This document shows, piece by piece, positions 1 through 12,959 of a DNA stretch of 64,000 bases. A model generated the notes under the pieces. That model was given only the letters and a program-made list of their open reading frames with translations, had not been told where the DNA came from and ran no database searches. The DNA lies in NCBI GenBank assembly GCA_036172245.1, contig JAYWIR010000054.1:248001-312000 (forward strand). The letters run 5' to 3'. A program made the position numbers and the translations under genes. Each line of letters starts with the position of its first letter. Position 1 is the stretch's first letter. This stretch comes from Raillietiella orientalis (lineage: Eukaryota).

Positions 1-1559
1 GGTCATGACGAACCTGCTGAAGAATGTCCTCCGAACAGCAGTACCATGCAGATGCTGAAAATGAACCACAAACTGGCAGAGACTTCGAGGGTACATGCTA
101 CCTGCACAGCTAATGTGGGATGAAGTCGACCAAACTTGACAGATGGTGAAGACTTCATTCTTTCATCTCTTTGCTTTCTCCATACGATGTTTAGGTTACC
201 AATGAATCGATAAATGGGTGCGTGGAAATTCTTAGACTATTTGTCACATTTCCGGCTTACTGTAACGAGTGCCCAACTGCCACTGATTCATCCCTCAATA
301 AGCATCTCTGAAACAACTTTCCAAATTTTTTTTCCTCAAAAGCCGCATGCGTGAAATCCAGGTTGCATGCTCAGTGGATAGTGTCTTCATTTTGTTAACT
401 CTTTTGCTGATCCAGGGGCCACTTTTTCACTTCTCACCTGTCACCGTAGCTTTCCATCTTCCCATCTCTTCAAAAATGTGCAGATGGAGGCTCCAAACCA
501 GTTTCCGGAATCCTTACGTGCGGAGCAAAAAGGCATTCAGCGTTGCACCATCAACAGATTTCTAAGAATCTTTCTTTTCGAGTTCCAGACAGAATCATCA
601 ACTGCTAAAACACAGAAGTTTTACAGCCGGCGGGACGACAGCAGGACCCATAGGAAGCATCCAGAGAATTTGCTCTTTTCCCTTGCATGGAGCTCCAGCT
701 GAAATCGGGAAGGAGCAAAGAGCCTTTAAACAGCGGATTCCCAGCAATCGGTGAACCTATTTATCAATCCTCGCATCCCGGAAAGATTTCGAGGCCAGAG
801 GGGGACTTTGCGAAGGGAGGATTCCCTTTTGGAGGGTCAGAGTTTTCGCAGATTTCCTGAGACGCTTTTCGTCCATACGTGATGCAAGCTCTTAGCATCC
901 CAGACTTGCTGACCTGACTCCAAGAGGAATTCTTCCTTCTCTTACGTTCTTTGAATCTGCTCATGTCCCAGCTCAGAAAACCGATCCTGAAAACCATTCT
1001 TCTTGAACAACAACAACCGATCAATGATAAGAGAATCGAGTGTTATCTGGTACTTAAGGCACTGACTTTTCCGAATCTGCGCTTCTCTTTCAAGTGTTTC
1101 GGCATCCTTAACTTTTCAGAAAAAGTTCCAACTCCGATCATCTGGAGCATCTCGACCACTAAACGAAGAGGCTGGTGTCCTCGGGGAAGATGCAAAGGAG
1201 GGAGAAAGTGGGAAACAAATCCTGCAGCGGTTAAGGGAATGCCTTTATTTCCTTGTTTCTTTTAGATGCAACAGAATCTCGAGATGGCACTTTGGAATAG
1301 GAACGAGAGATTTATTCGTGTGTTACTGTTCATCTGTTTCACCCTCAGATGCATCAGTTCATGGAACCTAAGCTCTCACGATGACGGAAGCTATCAGACA
1401 TTTCAGGATTTGCACAGCTTCTAGAAGGAGCAGCTCAGAATTTCCAGCTCATCAGCTTCTCGTCTGAGATGGTTCCAGTTCATTTCCCGGAAGAGCTGGA
1501 TGCTGCCCTATGTCATCTCCTTAAAACTCAGGGCACAACTTCGCTTGACTTCGAATTCC

Positions 1560-2300
1560 TTCAGCATCTTGCCGTCTCCCGGGTTCCATTCTCCTAAGGA
1601 TCATACGACGATAGCCCGTACCAAGGCAGGCGCTACTCCTTCATCGTCACTCTGTGTAGGAGTTCAGCTACATTTGTCCCCCTTCTTCTTCCTAAAATCT
1701 TCTGGATCCGCTGAGTTGCATTCAGACGGCAGCTCACATAGAATTATTTGTGAACTCGCCTCTCTTTGCAAGAGATCAGAGGTAGGAATCCACTTCCAGA
1801 GGCCGGTTGATTGGAAGCGGTAAGCGCTTAGTTTTCCGTCTTCATCCTTTTCGATTGGTTTGCCAACTTGCCATGATGATGGGTGATGTCAGGGTGGCAG
1901 GTCTTCTGCCAGAAGACCGGTCGGTAAACCAGAGATGACTCCATGTGCCACCAAGCTCCTTGATGGATGGGTGGCTGACCATCTTGTGGACGGGACCTCA
2001 TCGATTGTGAGGACCGTGGATATAATGATTTAGACAGATCTGTCAATGCTCCCTGTGGACAAATGGAGGTTCTTAAATCTGTACGGGTAGTTCAGTGATG
2101 CCATGCTCCTTTCTCCTCCAGCACACAACAACACTGCTTTTGAAGAGGAGGTCACCACTAACTCAGCGACGCAATCACTTGACCCGTGACGAGTTTCTTC
2201 CAGAGATTTATAAGGGTCGAGATCTCTTTCTGGAGTGTGGTGTCCTTCTGTAGAGAGATGGGTCCCTTGCTGCAGCCTTTCGCATCCACCCAACACAACC
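1560..2300 (-). mobile_element. Possible highly decayed LINE (I/Jockey-like) ORF1 remnant
   Basis: Collinear minus-strand fragments KKLVTGQVI, HPSRSLVAHGVISGLPTGLLAEDL and LGTGYRRMILRRMEP resemble ORF1 motifs; judged by eye, with many stops and frameshifts. Confidence 0.35.
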
Positions 2301-5300
2301 GTCTGTGAGACGCTTGCTTCTCCATGATGGACTCTCCACGACTAGCCACTACCTACGAGGCACAGTGTCAGCCTCACGCCGGCAAAGATCCGGGAAGAAA
2401 CAGAAGCCATACTTACAGAGACTGTCATGGTGCGCCGAGCCGAGAAGTGGCTCCACCTAGTAACGAGGGCAAAGAAACATCTCTTTCATAGCAGCATTCC
2501 TCAAGAATGAAAGGGCTGGAAGTTTGTGCATCCCAATGACCTTCTGCTTGGAATCCACCACTGATCCTGTGTTTTAATTCGTTTATTGTCCTCTTCCCTT
2601 TGTGGACTCAGCTCACTCAGGGACCAGAGCTTTGCGTGGAGAGTTCCTGCCCGCGCCTATTTTTGGTCCTCCCTTATTGTGTGTCCTGGGATTACCAGTT
2701 AACAAACTGAGAGCCCCCTTCGTGCTCCTTCTAGTCCATCCTCTCTCCACGCTCCTGTCTCTCACGTCACACGAGGAGTCCAAAGCTGTTCACTGCCTGT
2801 ATTCAGAGGCTGGCTCCAGCACGTTTTGGGTTCCACCGCCGTTTTGGACCCTGCATTTCTTTCCATCTTCTAGAGAGAATTCCTCTTCTGTGGAAAATGC
2901 TTCCTCCTTCTTTCCCTGCATCCTCAAATCTCAAACGATGCGTTGGACTGACGCCCGACCCTTCGAACGGTCCGTAATCTCGACCGTTTCGCGAAGAGAT
3001 TGGTCGATTAGAATTGTTTGCAGAGACATCGGTGATCGCAGCGGATCTGTCGATGGATCCTCCCGCTGAAGAGAGCTAGAACTCAAGGACTGTTTAGAAA
3101 CGTGCTCTTGAGGAACACTTGAAGCCCACAAAAGGGCGGTATCGTTTCATCTCTTGGCTGCGGGAGCGCTCTCTTGCAAAAGTTTGTGTTCTTTCAGCTT
3201 AGCGAAACACGCTTGTCGCCGCTGCAGCTCCTGATTGAAGAATGCTGTAGAAGCGGAAAGCCACACGAGAAGCGTACGTAGGGAGGACGAAGAGTCTGTC
3301 TTGCTTAACTATGGGACCAGATTTCTCTGAAACAGATGAAGTGGCTCCAGGAGATGAGCCACAGCCAAGAAACGGGGACTTCCCCTCCAGCTTCGTTGTC
3401 TATGTCTTCCTTCCATTGCATCTTCCACTGCTCTCGCGTGGGTCTCCTCATCCTTCCGGTGACCTGAGCTTCTACCCCAGCAGGTCTTCCAGAATAGCAT
3501 CTTTTAGGTCACACCATTCTTTTCGTGATGCGCTCCACTCGTCGCTTGGATGAATCTCCAGGAACTACATCTTTGACACGACCATTGCCTTGGAAAATGT
3601 CTCCAATGCATGAAAATGCAGTGTGGAATAGGCGCACTACATTTGGAAAAGCGGTAGCCGTCTGGGATGAACTATGGACAGCAGTTGCGCGACCCCTACG
3701 AGGTCCGATTTTGCGTTTCAAGCTTTGGCATGGAGTCGGGATTCCAGAATCTTTGGATGCTTGCCCGGTTCCCTCGCATGGGGAAGGGACGCTCCACAAT
3801 ATGAAGGAGATGATGTTGCTAGGTTGGTGAGACCCCGGAATCTTCCCGTGGAGTTCATGACCATCAATCGATGAGGCTTCCGTGTACAGAGATTTCTGAC
3901 GCAGAGCTTGCCAGGCGCTTCGCAGGCAAAGATCAGGAAGGAACTTGGATGGCTCCAAGTTCTTTCTTCTGTGGCTCCAGATGCTTCCTCTTGAGGCGAT
4001 CTAGCACAGGAAGAGAGTTCCATGTGAACAGCCTCTTGATCGATAATTGTCCATTCTTCGGTGGTCAGCCGGCATCGTCGCTGCGCTCCTGGATTGGCTA
4101 GGTCATTGCGTCGATTCAGAACACCACTAAACCGTGGAATTACAAAGTGAAGCTCACCTCGTGACGACCTACGCTTTCACTCGTTCTGACTTTCCTCTTT
4201 GTCTTCTTCATCCACATGGCAGCACGCAGTTGCCCTGGAGACAGCTCTTGATGCTCCGCAACGCTGCCTTCTCCGCTGGGGCGACCCAGCAACTGCTCCG
4301 GAAACGGGCAGAAGTGGATCTGACGTTACAGGAAGGAAGGTACCCGCACTCGAAGTTGGACGGCAAAGAAAAGGGAAGCAAAAACGATGGTTTGGTTCCC
4401 CACTCCGCCTCCGAAGGAGTGCTTGCCATCACAAGAGGAAGCGTCGTTGGATCCGAAGGGCGATTTGAGAGGATTAAAAAAATCTCCATCAGAAGAGAAA
4501 CAAAAGCGCGGAGTGCACATTCAAACCATAGGATGGGGTCACTTCCAGCGCCGAAAGGACCCTCAAGAGCATGATGGCTGGGGAAGGTGATGGAACTTTC
4601 CATTCGTTTCCATTCCCCCTCACCCCCCCCCCCCCCCCTTTTTTTTTTTTTTTTTAACGTGGCATCATTAACGGAATGCTGAGCAGCCACAGATCTGTTT
4701 TCCAGGTTCTGCTCGCTTCCCATCTTCTTGCATCCGCCTCACGCTGGCGAGAAAGCGAAATAGGAGCGCTGCAAGTGGATTGTCGGCGTCAGAGAGCAGG
4801 TGAAAACGAACGATGCTGTCAATCGTTATCATCTTCATCTATCATCGACCATTTCTAATAGCAACGTAAGGAAAGGAATGCTAGCGTTGGGAAAAGTAAA
4901 ACAAAAAAAAAAAAAAAAAGAACGATCGAATATCAGAAAGAGGAACGGGAAAATTTTCGCATCCCGGTGAACTGGGAGTCGGCGTTCTCACCCAGCTGCA
5001 GCGAGGCAGCATCCGAACACCAGCTAATTAATTGGCAGCTTTTGAAGAGACTTTTCTGGTGAGAGTTGACGTGGCGAAGATGAAAGTCAATGAGCAGATG
5101 ACGTGTGGACCTGTGGGTGGAGCGCCTGCTCGTGCCACAGATGTTTCGGTGTTACCCTTGCGTAGGCGAGGCGCGCACCGCGGGCTGGAACGCCTGGAGC
5201 ACTTGCCCCAGGCCCGATTCGCGCGTTCCAGACTCCTTCGATGGTCCAGTCTCCTTACAGACGGCATCTGCAGACGTCCCTGAAGCTGGAAGCTCCCTGA

Positions 5301-5789
5301 GTGGTCCTGACCGGTAGGCCGGGAATCCGCAGGGCAAGTCTTGACCGATGTGTGCGACTGGCGGCGGCGCCTCCGTCGGTCTGCGGCGATGACGCATCCG
5401 GGGGGAGACGCGTGACCCTGCAGCGAGGAAGGCGGAGGCATCGAACAGGTTGGGGTTGACTCCTGCCCTACGATCCCTCCCATTCTGTTCCCCGGGATTC
5501 CAGGGACAGCGCCGAGGCTTTCCAAAGGAGACCCTGAGTGTCCCTTCCTCCCTGGGGATGCTGTTGCGGATCCGGCTCGGGAAACGTTCGGCACGTGGGC
5601 GGCGAGAGCGAGAGCGCTCCAGGTGAGCGCCTGGACTCTGCTCCTGCCATGGGCGCCGGCGTTTCCACACCTGCGGTTGATAGGCGCGCTCCTCCCGGTC
5701 GCGGAGTTTATGGATCGTACCCTTTCAGCCGGGAACAGTCGAAGCCGCGTCTCTCCTCCGTGCTTCCGACGTGATATGCAGCCCGGTTT

Positions 5790-5843
5790 CTCACTCGCTC
5801 GCTCGCTCACTCGCGCGCGCGTGCGTGCGTGCGTGCGTGCGTG
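5790..5843. repeat. Compound microsatellite (CGCT)n-(CG)n-(GCGT)n
   Basis: Direct reading of the sequence. Confidence 0.9.
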
Positions 5844-7049
5844 TTTTCGTGAGGATTAGGCGTGCGGAAACGCGCTCCGTAGCCCGAGGGCTCGATGACT
5901 TTCGGAGAAAGAGAGGTTTCTTTGTCGTCGGCGTTTCCTTTGTAAACTCCGGGTTCCCGATGGGTGGAACGGCAGTGGCCGGGAAAATCAATTTCGCGGG
6001 CCCGTCGTCTCTTTGCGCCGATACCTTACCGCAGGGGCTCGCAGCACCTACACTCAAGCAGCGGGAAGAACGAGGTGGAGAGGAGGAGGCGGCGAGGGAG
6101 GACGGGGAAAATTTTCCCGCCGTTTCTCGTCCGGAGGGAGGAAGTATACCCTTGGAGGAAGAGACCCCTTGGGAGCAGCGAACAGCAGCGTCATCGGGAG
6201 AAGACGTAGGTCCTCCTCCGTCGAGACCCATGTGCGTGTTTTTTTTCCCGGACCGCCGCCACCCATGACGTGGATTGACACCCGGTTGCGCTGGAGCATT
6301 TATTTACATAAAAAATAAACACACAGGTCAGTGGCAGGACTTTCGGTCCTGCCACGTTACAGATGTAACCATGGAAACCTGCCGAGAATCAGCAAGCAGG
6401 TCCGTTCAGCGGCAGGGTTCGCCTCGGCAACAGACGGGAAACAACAAAAATTGGGAGCGTTCGGGAAGGGATCACCAGCTACTGGAGGGCGTCCTCTGCA
6501 TCCTTACCAGGATGCCAGCAAGTTCTTGTCTAATGATACCTAGATGGCGTCATCTTGTGGCTGTCCTCATGAGGAGGACGGCAAAGTAGATGGAGTCCTT
6601 GTCTTCCTGATCTCTGGCGTTGCTCCATGCAGCCACGATCGCGCATAGGCGGCACAGTGCTGCTGAGGATGCGGCCGGCTTGAGGGAGTCGCGCAGTAAG
6701 AGACACTTTAGAACGTCTCTGAGGTTGTCCTCGGGGATCCGCAGGGACGCGGCAAAGCGTTCCCACATGGGCGAAGGGCCACACGATCCACGAGTAGGGG
6801 GGGAAGGGACTCTCTTTCGCCGCACCTGCCGCAGTTCGAGCTTGCCTCCTCCCCCAGGTCCCGTGGTATCGGCGAACGTTGCACGGGAGACCACAATGCA
6901 ACAGCAAGGTCGCCGACCCCTGACGCTTCAGGGGGAGGGTTGCACTGCTTCAGCACGCTGGGGGCCACTGACGTGGGATGCACCCGTGCTACACCGCCCA
7001 CTCCCGTCAGCCGGAAAATTCCCTTGACTGGAAGGAACACGCGGCTTCA

Positions 7050-8467
7050 GAGAGACGCACTGCACCAAACGAACTGCAGGACTCCAAGATCCACCGCGGG
7101 AGGGGACTTCCAGCAGGGAGGAAGAGAATTCCTTCCTCGATCGCTAGACCCTAGGGAGAGACGATGCAGGGAGACAGTGCACCCTAGGGGTCGCGTCCTT
7201 TATTGCACTGGTACGGCTGATTTGAAGCACGTCCAGGTGAATTAAGGGAGGATGGGGTTATCTCGAGAGGACTCGTCTTCTTTCAGGGACGCAACAGTTC
7301 CGCGTCGCTCCGGGGGCCACTCTGAGAAGAAAGTAACTGCGGGAGAAGCGACTTCAGGAAGGAACTTTTATGGGATGGTGAGGACAGGAGCTCGCAGTCA
7401 CGAGGCGCTCTGCAGGGGTCCTCCGCGCGGCGACTCGCAAGAGACATCGGGCGAGCCCTCTCGTAACCGGGACATTGCTGGCCTCCTCCTCCCACCCTCC
7501 GCCACGGCACAGTGGCGTCCTCCCCTGCCCCAACTGCCTCACCTCCAGCAAAATGAACCACCTCCCACCTAAGCTGTGCCGCTTTGGTTGACGACGTGAC
7601 AACGACTCTGTTCCAGTGAACACCAGAAGCAAAGAGGCGGTCCTCTTCCGCAGAAGAGGACTCCTGCCCGGTGGCTGGAAGAAAAAGGTCGGATGTGCGC
7701 TTGGACTTAGCTATCTCAAGATCTCCAGAGCGTGCCACTCTACCGGACGAGGAAAATATCTTGACGGGAGAGGGATCACTGTGCGTTCCCTGTGTTCCTT
7801 TTCAACGCCCCGAAGGTGAGTTCCCGATGTCCTTCAGGTTGGGGCTCCGCAACTGCTTCCGGTTGAACTCTTGCTATGCGTGCGCGACCTCCACTCCCGA
7901 GTGAAGGCGTATTCGGTCCGCCAAAACGGATCTGGACCAAACCAATGGGAACTCTGCGGGAACGCATTCGCAAGGAGCCAGTTTCACGCATCGGCCAAGA
8001 GGGCGTTCCGCATCCAGCACCAGGAGCAGCTGCTGCTTGTCTTCTCGCATCTCTCAGCGCCACTGTCTCGTGCCTCTCTAGTCGGCGGGGATTGTCGCAG
8101 AGGCACTGCTCGCTCCCATGGACACAACGAGGAGACACCTTCTCCCTTCCGAGTCGCCTTCCCGCTGGTTCTTCGGATAACCGAAGTAGAGGAGAGAACA
8201 GCAGTGTCCCCGAGGGAGGACGTGGGTCTTCCTCCATGAAGAGCTGCGTGCCTTCCTTCCAGAGCACTGCTACCTCCTCGTGCCTTTGAGGAGCGAGTGC
8301 TGGTGGCCGGCTGCTCCTCCACCGAGTACCGCGAAGAAAGGCCTCCCGCGGTGCCGCGGTGCCTTCCTGAATCGTCTCTCCTCAGGGTCCAGCGATCGAA
8401 GAAGGATTTCTCTTCCTCCCTGCTCTTTCCTTCGCCCACAGTTCGCTTGTCGCTGCTCCCGTCTCTT
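7050..8467. repeat. Diverged inverted repeat pair (7050-7190 vs 8345-8467)
   Basis: GCAGGGAGGAAGAGAATTCCTTCCTCGATCGCTAGACCC... has a diverged reverse complement in ...GGGTCCAGCGATCGAAGAAGGATTTCTCTTCCTCCCTGC. Confidence 0.8.
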
Positions 8468-11400
8468 CGAAACCACGGAGAGATCCTCCTACGCTGAAGT
8501 CTTTGCTGTTGCCCTGCGTTTCTGCGAAACGCTGCGCGACACGGGAAGGAGCCTTCGCGCTGGAGGTGCTAAAGAGACAGGCGGGTGCGTCCTGAGGTGG
8601 AAGATGGTAGCGAAGGTACACGGTCCTCGCATTTTCGAGAGCATGGACCAAGGCGAAGAAGCGCACGGTGCTCCGATCTTGAGGAATCAGGAACGACAGG
8701 GTTCCGAAGGAAACTTTTCGATGACCTCCAGCGATTCTGCGCACAGCATTCAGGGATTGGTCATGCTGGCAGCTATTAGGAATTCATCTAAAGCATCGCT
8801 GCTCCGCCATTTTGATTCCTTGCGGAACACGAAGGAGGAATCGTTAAGAAAGCATCTGTTTTGCACAGTAAATCTTGCACGGGGCGATGTCGATCATGCC
8901 GAAGAGTGGCCTGCGTCCATTATTGCTGGCAGATCACGAGTTGCCGCTCGCCTAGGGAGGCGCGGATCAAAAGGTGGAAGATGTTAATCCGCAATCTGTA
9001 ATTTTTCGCATCACCGAAAAATCGCGAAGGCGAAAGCGTGCGACTGGACGCAGGTCCGCCAGCCAATAGCCTTCGAACGCACGTGGTGCGGGGGAACAAC
9101 GCCTCGCGCGCACGCATCGACCGTTTGGCTGCGCGTGGAACTCGTGGAATCTCTAGCGAAGGCGCTGGCACGCATTCTAAGTGCACGAAATGAGGTGCAC
9201 TGTTTTTTGGTCCATTGATTTCCTTTGGCGTGTGCTGCACGTTGATCGTTTCGCCCGGAATTTCCCCTCCCCTCAACACCATTGTGCTGCCGTCCGAGCT
9301 GGAAGAGCGCCGCGAGAAGAGCGTGCCCAGCTCGGGAGTTCGCGCGGAGCTTGAAAATAAATGGAAAACGAAAATTGAAATGCAAAAGGCGCAGGCGAGA
9401 CGCACACCTTCCCCGAAGGAGCACCCGTTGCTCCGGGAGTGGTGTCAGCGCGCAGCGGTCGCCCGCGCCCTCCGAAGAATTCCGCTGGCCGGCTTGCTGC
9501 TCGCCATTCCCGGTCTCGTTTTCGGGATCCCCGAGCAGTCCTCGAATCCCGAGCCGCAGCCGGGGAGAGGCGAACTTTATTCTCCGCCTTCAGCGTGGCT
9601 CCTTTTAGCAACTGTTAATTATTTTTCACCCGCTATCCACGGGGACGAACCGTTCTTAATTTCACTCCGCACATGCCTTGGCAGACCAAAGTATAGGCTT
9701 TACCTCTCATTAGAAAATCTCGTGCCTTACAGCTGGCGGGCTGGAACCCGGTAATTGCAGCTTTTATTTACTCAAAAACGGTCTTTCCTAGCGTCGCGTT
9801 GGCCCGCGTGTCCGGTGCGCCGTTTACTTTGGATTGCTAATAACAATTTAAATAGATGGCTGCAAGGCTGCACATCCTCAGGAATCTTCTCATGCGCCGC
9901 GGAGTAGATAAATGATCACTCCCTGCAGCCGCTCCTTCCTGGGGGTTTCCTACCCAGGCGTTCTCCAAAAAAAAAAGAAACTCGCTCCGGCTGCCGGCCC
10001 GTCGGTAAACACCAGCGACTAGGGCCGAGTCGAACTCCTGCGTGTGCCGCTCACCAAGGAGTAGCTTCCGCTTCAGCGAACACCCCCTCACCGCCTCCGT
10101 GCTTCTTCTGCCTCCCACCCGGTTGCGCCCCGGGGAGGCCTCGGCGCTTCCTCGAGGGGCGAAGTCTCCTTTTACGACCCCTGCTCGCTGGACAGCACGC
10201 AGGGAACAGCCCTGCTTGTTTTCGCGGGAGCGAACGGGCCACGCTCTGGAAACAGGAAATCCGGCCACCTCTGGCCGCGAGATGAGCATGGTGCACTGCC
10301 GTGGGAGCTTCCAAGAGTGCGAAGGGCAAGGGGGACGACTGCACGGAATGGGAACCTCGCAGGCATCGAAACCGCGGCTGCGCGCGCCTTTGGCTCGTCC
10401 GAGGGGGGAAAGCGGAGGCGCGCAAGCAAGCAGCAGACGCCCATGAAGCTGCGGTCCGCAGCCCGGAGCTCCCAAAGGCTCGCATCCGAGTTTGAGCCCG
10501 CGCTGGTCCCAGGAAAGGTTGGGAGGTTCGAATCGAGGGACGCGCTTTCCCGGCGCGCCATGCTCGGCGGCAGCACGGAGTTCGAAACCACCTTTTCTCG
10601 AACTTCTTCGAGCGGCTCAGGGGTGTGCACTCCACTCCTGGTTGGTGGGGCTGCGCGCGCTGCCTCGGTTTCGGGTCAGCCTCGAAAGCCCCACCAGTCT
10701 GGTTATTCGGCAAAGGGGAAAGCTGCCTAGGAGACGCAGGCGAAGGAGGCATCCCGGGATGAACTGGACTCCCCGCAGAACGCACCTCGACAGGTGCCCC
10801 GTGCGCTTTCTCAGCAGAGCGTCTCCGGACTGATCTCACTTTGAGAGAAACGCCCGATTTCCTCTCGGCACTTCGGAAATTCGCAGCGCATCCTTTTTGA
10901 ATCCTTTCGTTCCAGATTAGCCAGGTGCACGCGACGCCTGCCTGCTGTCGTCTGCTGCGATTAGCCGACCTCCAGAAATTTGGCACACGAATTTCGCAAA
11001 TCGCCGATCCGAATGGACCGCGAGATTCATTGAACGATGGGATGCATTCAAAATGCGCCTAGCAGCCTGAAGGAAGCACTTTCGGCTACCAAAGAGGAAA
11101 TCCTTTGTCCGTGGCTGCTCCAAGTGGATCTACAACCAGTATCCTTTAGTTCCGCTTCCTCGTACGGGCAGGCTGCAGTTCCAGACTGGAGGCGGGAAAA
11201 GCGACATGGGTCATGTGAAACCCGGATCCTGTTCTACGCACTTCATTCCGTGAAGGAACGGCGATCATTCCAGTACGCTTTTCTTCAGGATCCGTGGGAC
11301 CTCACTTGGAGTCATAGCTCCGTGGTTCGTTGGATTCGCGCTCTACCACGAAGCCAACCGAAGCGGGCGGCGGGTGGGACACAGTGCACCGACAGACCAA

Positions 11401-12546
11401 CACCATCAAGCCCCAGAAGAAGAAGAGTGTTCTCAGTCCGGCTTCCGTGGAGAACGCCGGGCTTTGAAACGCATGGGCGAAGAGCCGTTCTTCCAGGGGA
11501 CGGCCCCGCGAAAGCAGCGCGTGCCAACGTCCCGAGGCACGACGCTATTTCGTGCACTTCGACACGAAACACGCGTGCACCCGCAGCAATGGATTATAGC
11601 GCTCATCACGCGTGTCTAAGCCCCCAGCTTTTGTAGAAGAATTTCAGGAGTAGAGGATCCAGATTCGGGGACTCGTGCTCCGTACCTCCTTGCCCTTCAG
11701 GTTCACCTCGGTCTCTAATGGGTCCCGAAGTTTGTGCTCAGATTCCCGCAGGAAACCATCGGTAAACGCAAGAGACCTCCCCATTTGCACAGGGTCACTG
11801 CATTGTGATCAGCTCCAATTCGGCAGATGACCTCTAGACGCTGCCTCCTTGTTTGCAGGTTGCAGGCTTTGTTTTGGTCATCTGATTCGTTTTCTTAGTA
11901 TCACGAGATCCACGGGCCATCTAAGCGCATGTTCTCGAAACCCAATGCCTCTACGCCACACAGAGATGATGGCTTCATGGAGTAAATGGTGAAAGATGCA
12001 CACAGTGCACGAAGAACACGGATGAAACGTCGGTCTCGGCAATGGCATTCTCGCAGGAATGAAACGCTTGGTCTCTTGCCCCAACAGCCTCCCTCTGTCT
12101 TCAGTTCCTGAGACCACTTCACTGCAGGCCACATTGTGCGAGATGGACAAATCCATCCCTGCGTATTACTTATATTACTTATCCTCCGATCACCACGGAA
12201 ACGAAAATTCACATCCGACCAAGCATCGAGGAGGATCGAACAAGGAGAGTAACCACCAGGGAAGTGCCAGGTGGAGCTTTGGGGTGTCCCGCGAACTTTC
12301 GTCCCCGAGGAATGGAGTTGCGACATTCCCGAAAAGAGGGAGCACTTCGCATTGATATTCGCTTCAGATTAGAGAGAAATAATCGAATGCCGCAAGAAGA
12401 TTTCCGAGCAGAGTGTTTCTGCATCCACAGGAAGCTCTCGGAAGACAGGACGCGCTCCCGATTTCCGAGCTTGTGCTTCGAAGTGGGCGGCGAGGCCGGT
12501 AAATCACGTAGAGCAGAGGTGCGAATGGCATGTGTGTAGGTGGTCC

Positions 12547-12552
12547 TTTATT
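12547..12552 (-). terminator. Candidate polyadenylation signal (AATAAA) for Wnt5
   Basis: AATAAA on the minus strand about 220 nt after the stop codon; no transcript evidence. Confidence 0.4.
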
Positions 12553-12771
12553 CATTCTTTAGTGGTTTCCGAACACACTGCAAGGATAAGCTTTTGTGGC
12601 ACGGCGCAGGCGTGCAGTCCAAGAAATGCCACATCTCGCTGGACTTTTTTCGTCGTCGCCAGAAACTCGCGAAGGGCCCAAGCAGGCTGCTGATGTTTCC
12701 GAAAAACTCTTCCACCGTGCTTCTCTGTTCGCTTTTCGAGCTGGCGGAAAGGCGCGCGGGCGTCTCGCTGG

Positions 12772-12959
12772 TCACTTGCAGGTGTGACGCTCCACGAGTT
12801 GCATGCAGCTCTTGCACTCCACGTTGCAGCACCACCGGAACTTGCAGTGGCAGCGCGCCCTGGTGGTGTACTTTTTGGAATTGTAGCCTCGACCACAGCA
12901 CAGCAGTCCGCAGCCGTCGACACCTTCGGACGTGCGGTTGCACTCTCTTCCTTTCGTCC
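12772..12959 (-). CDS. Wnt5: Wnt5 coding exon 7 ([17 protein letters not shown]...VERHTCK*)
   Basis: Acceptor ttgttgtcag|GG; Cys-rich Wnt C-terminus; TGA at 12774-12772. Confidence 0.9.
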
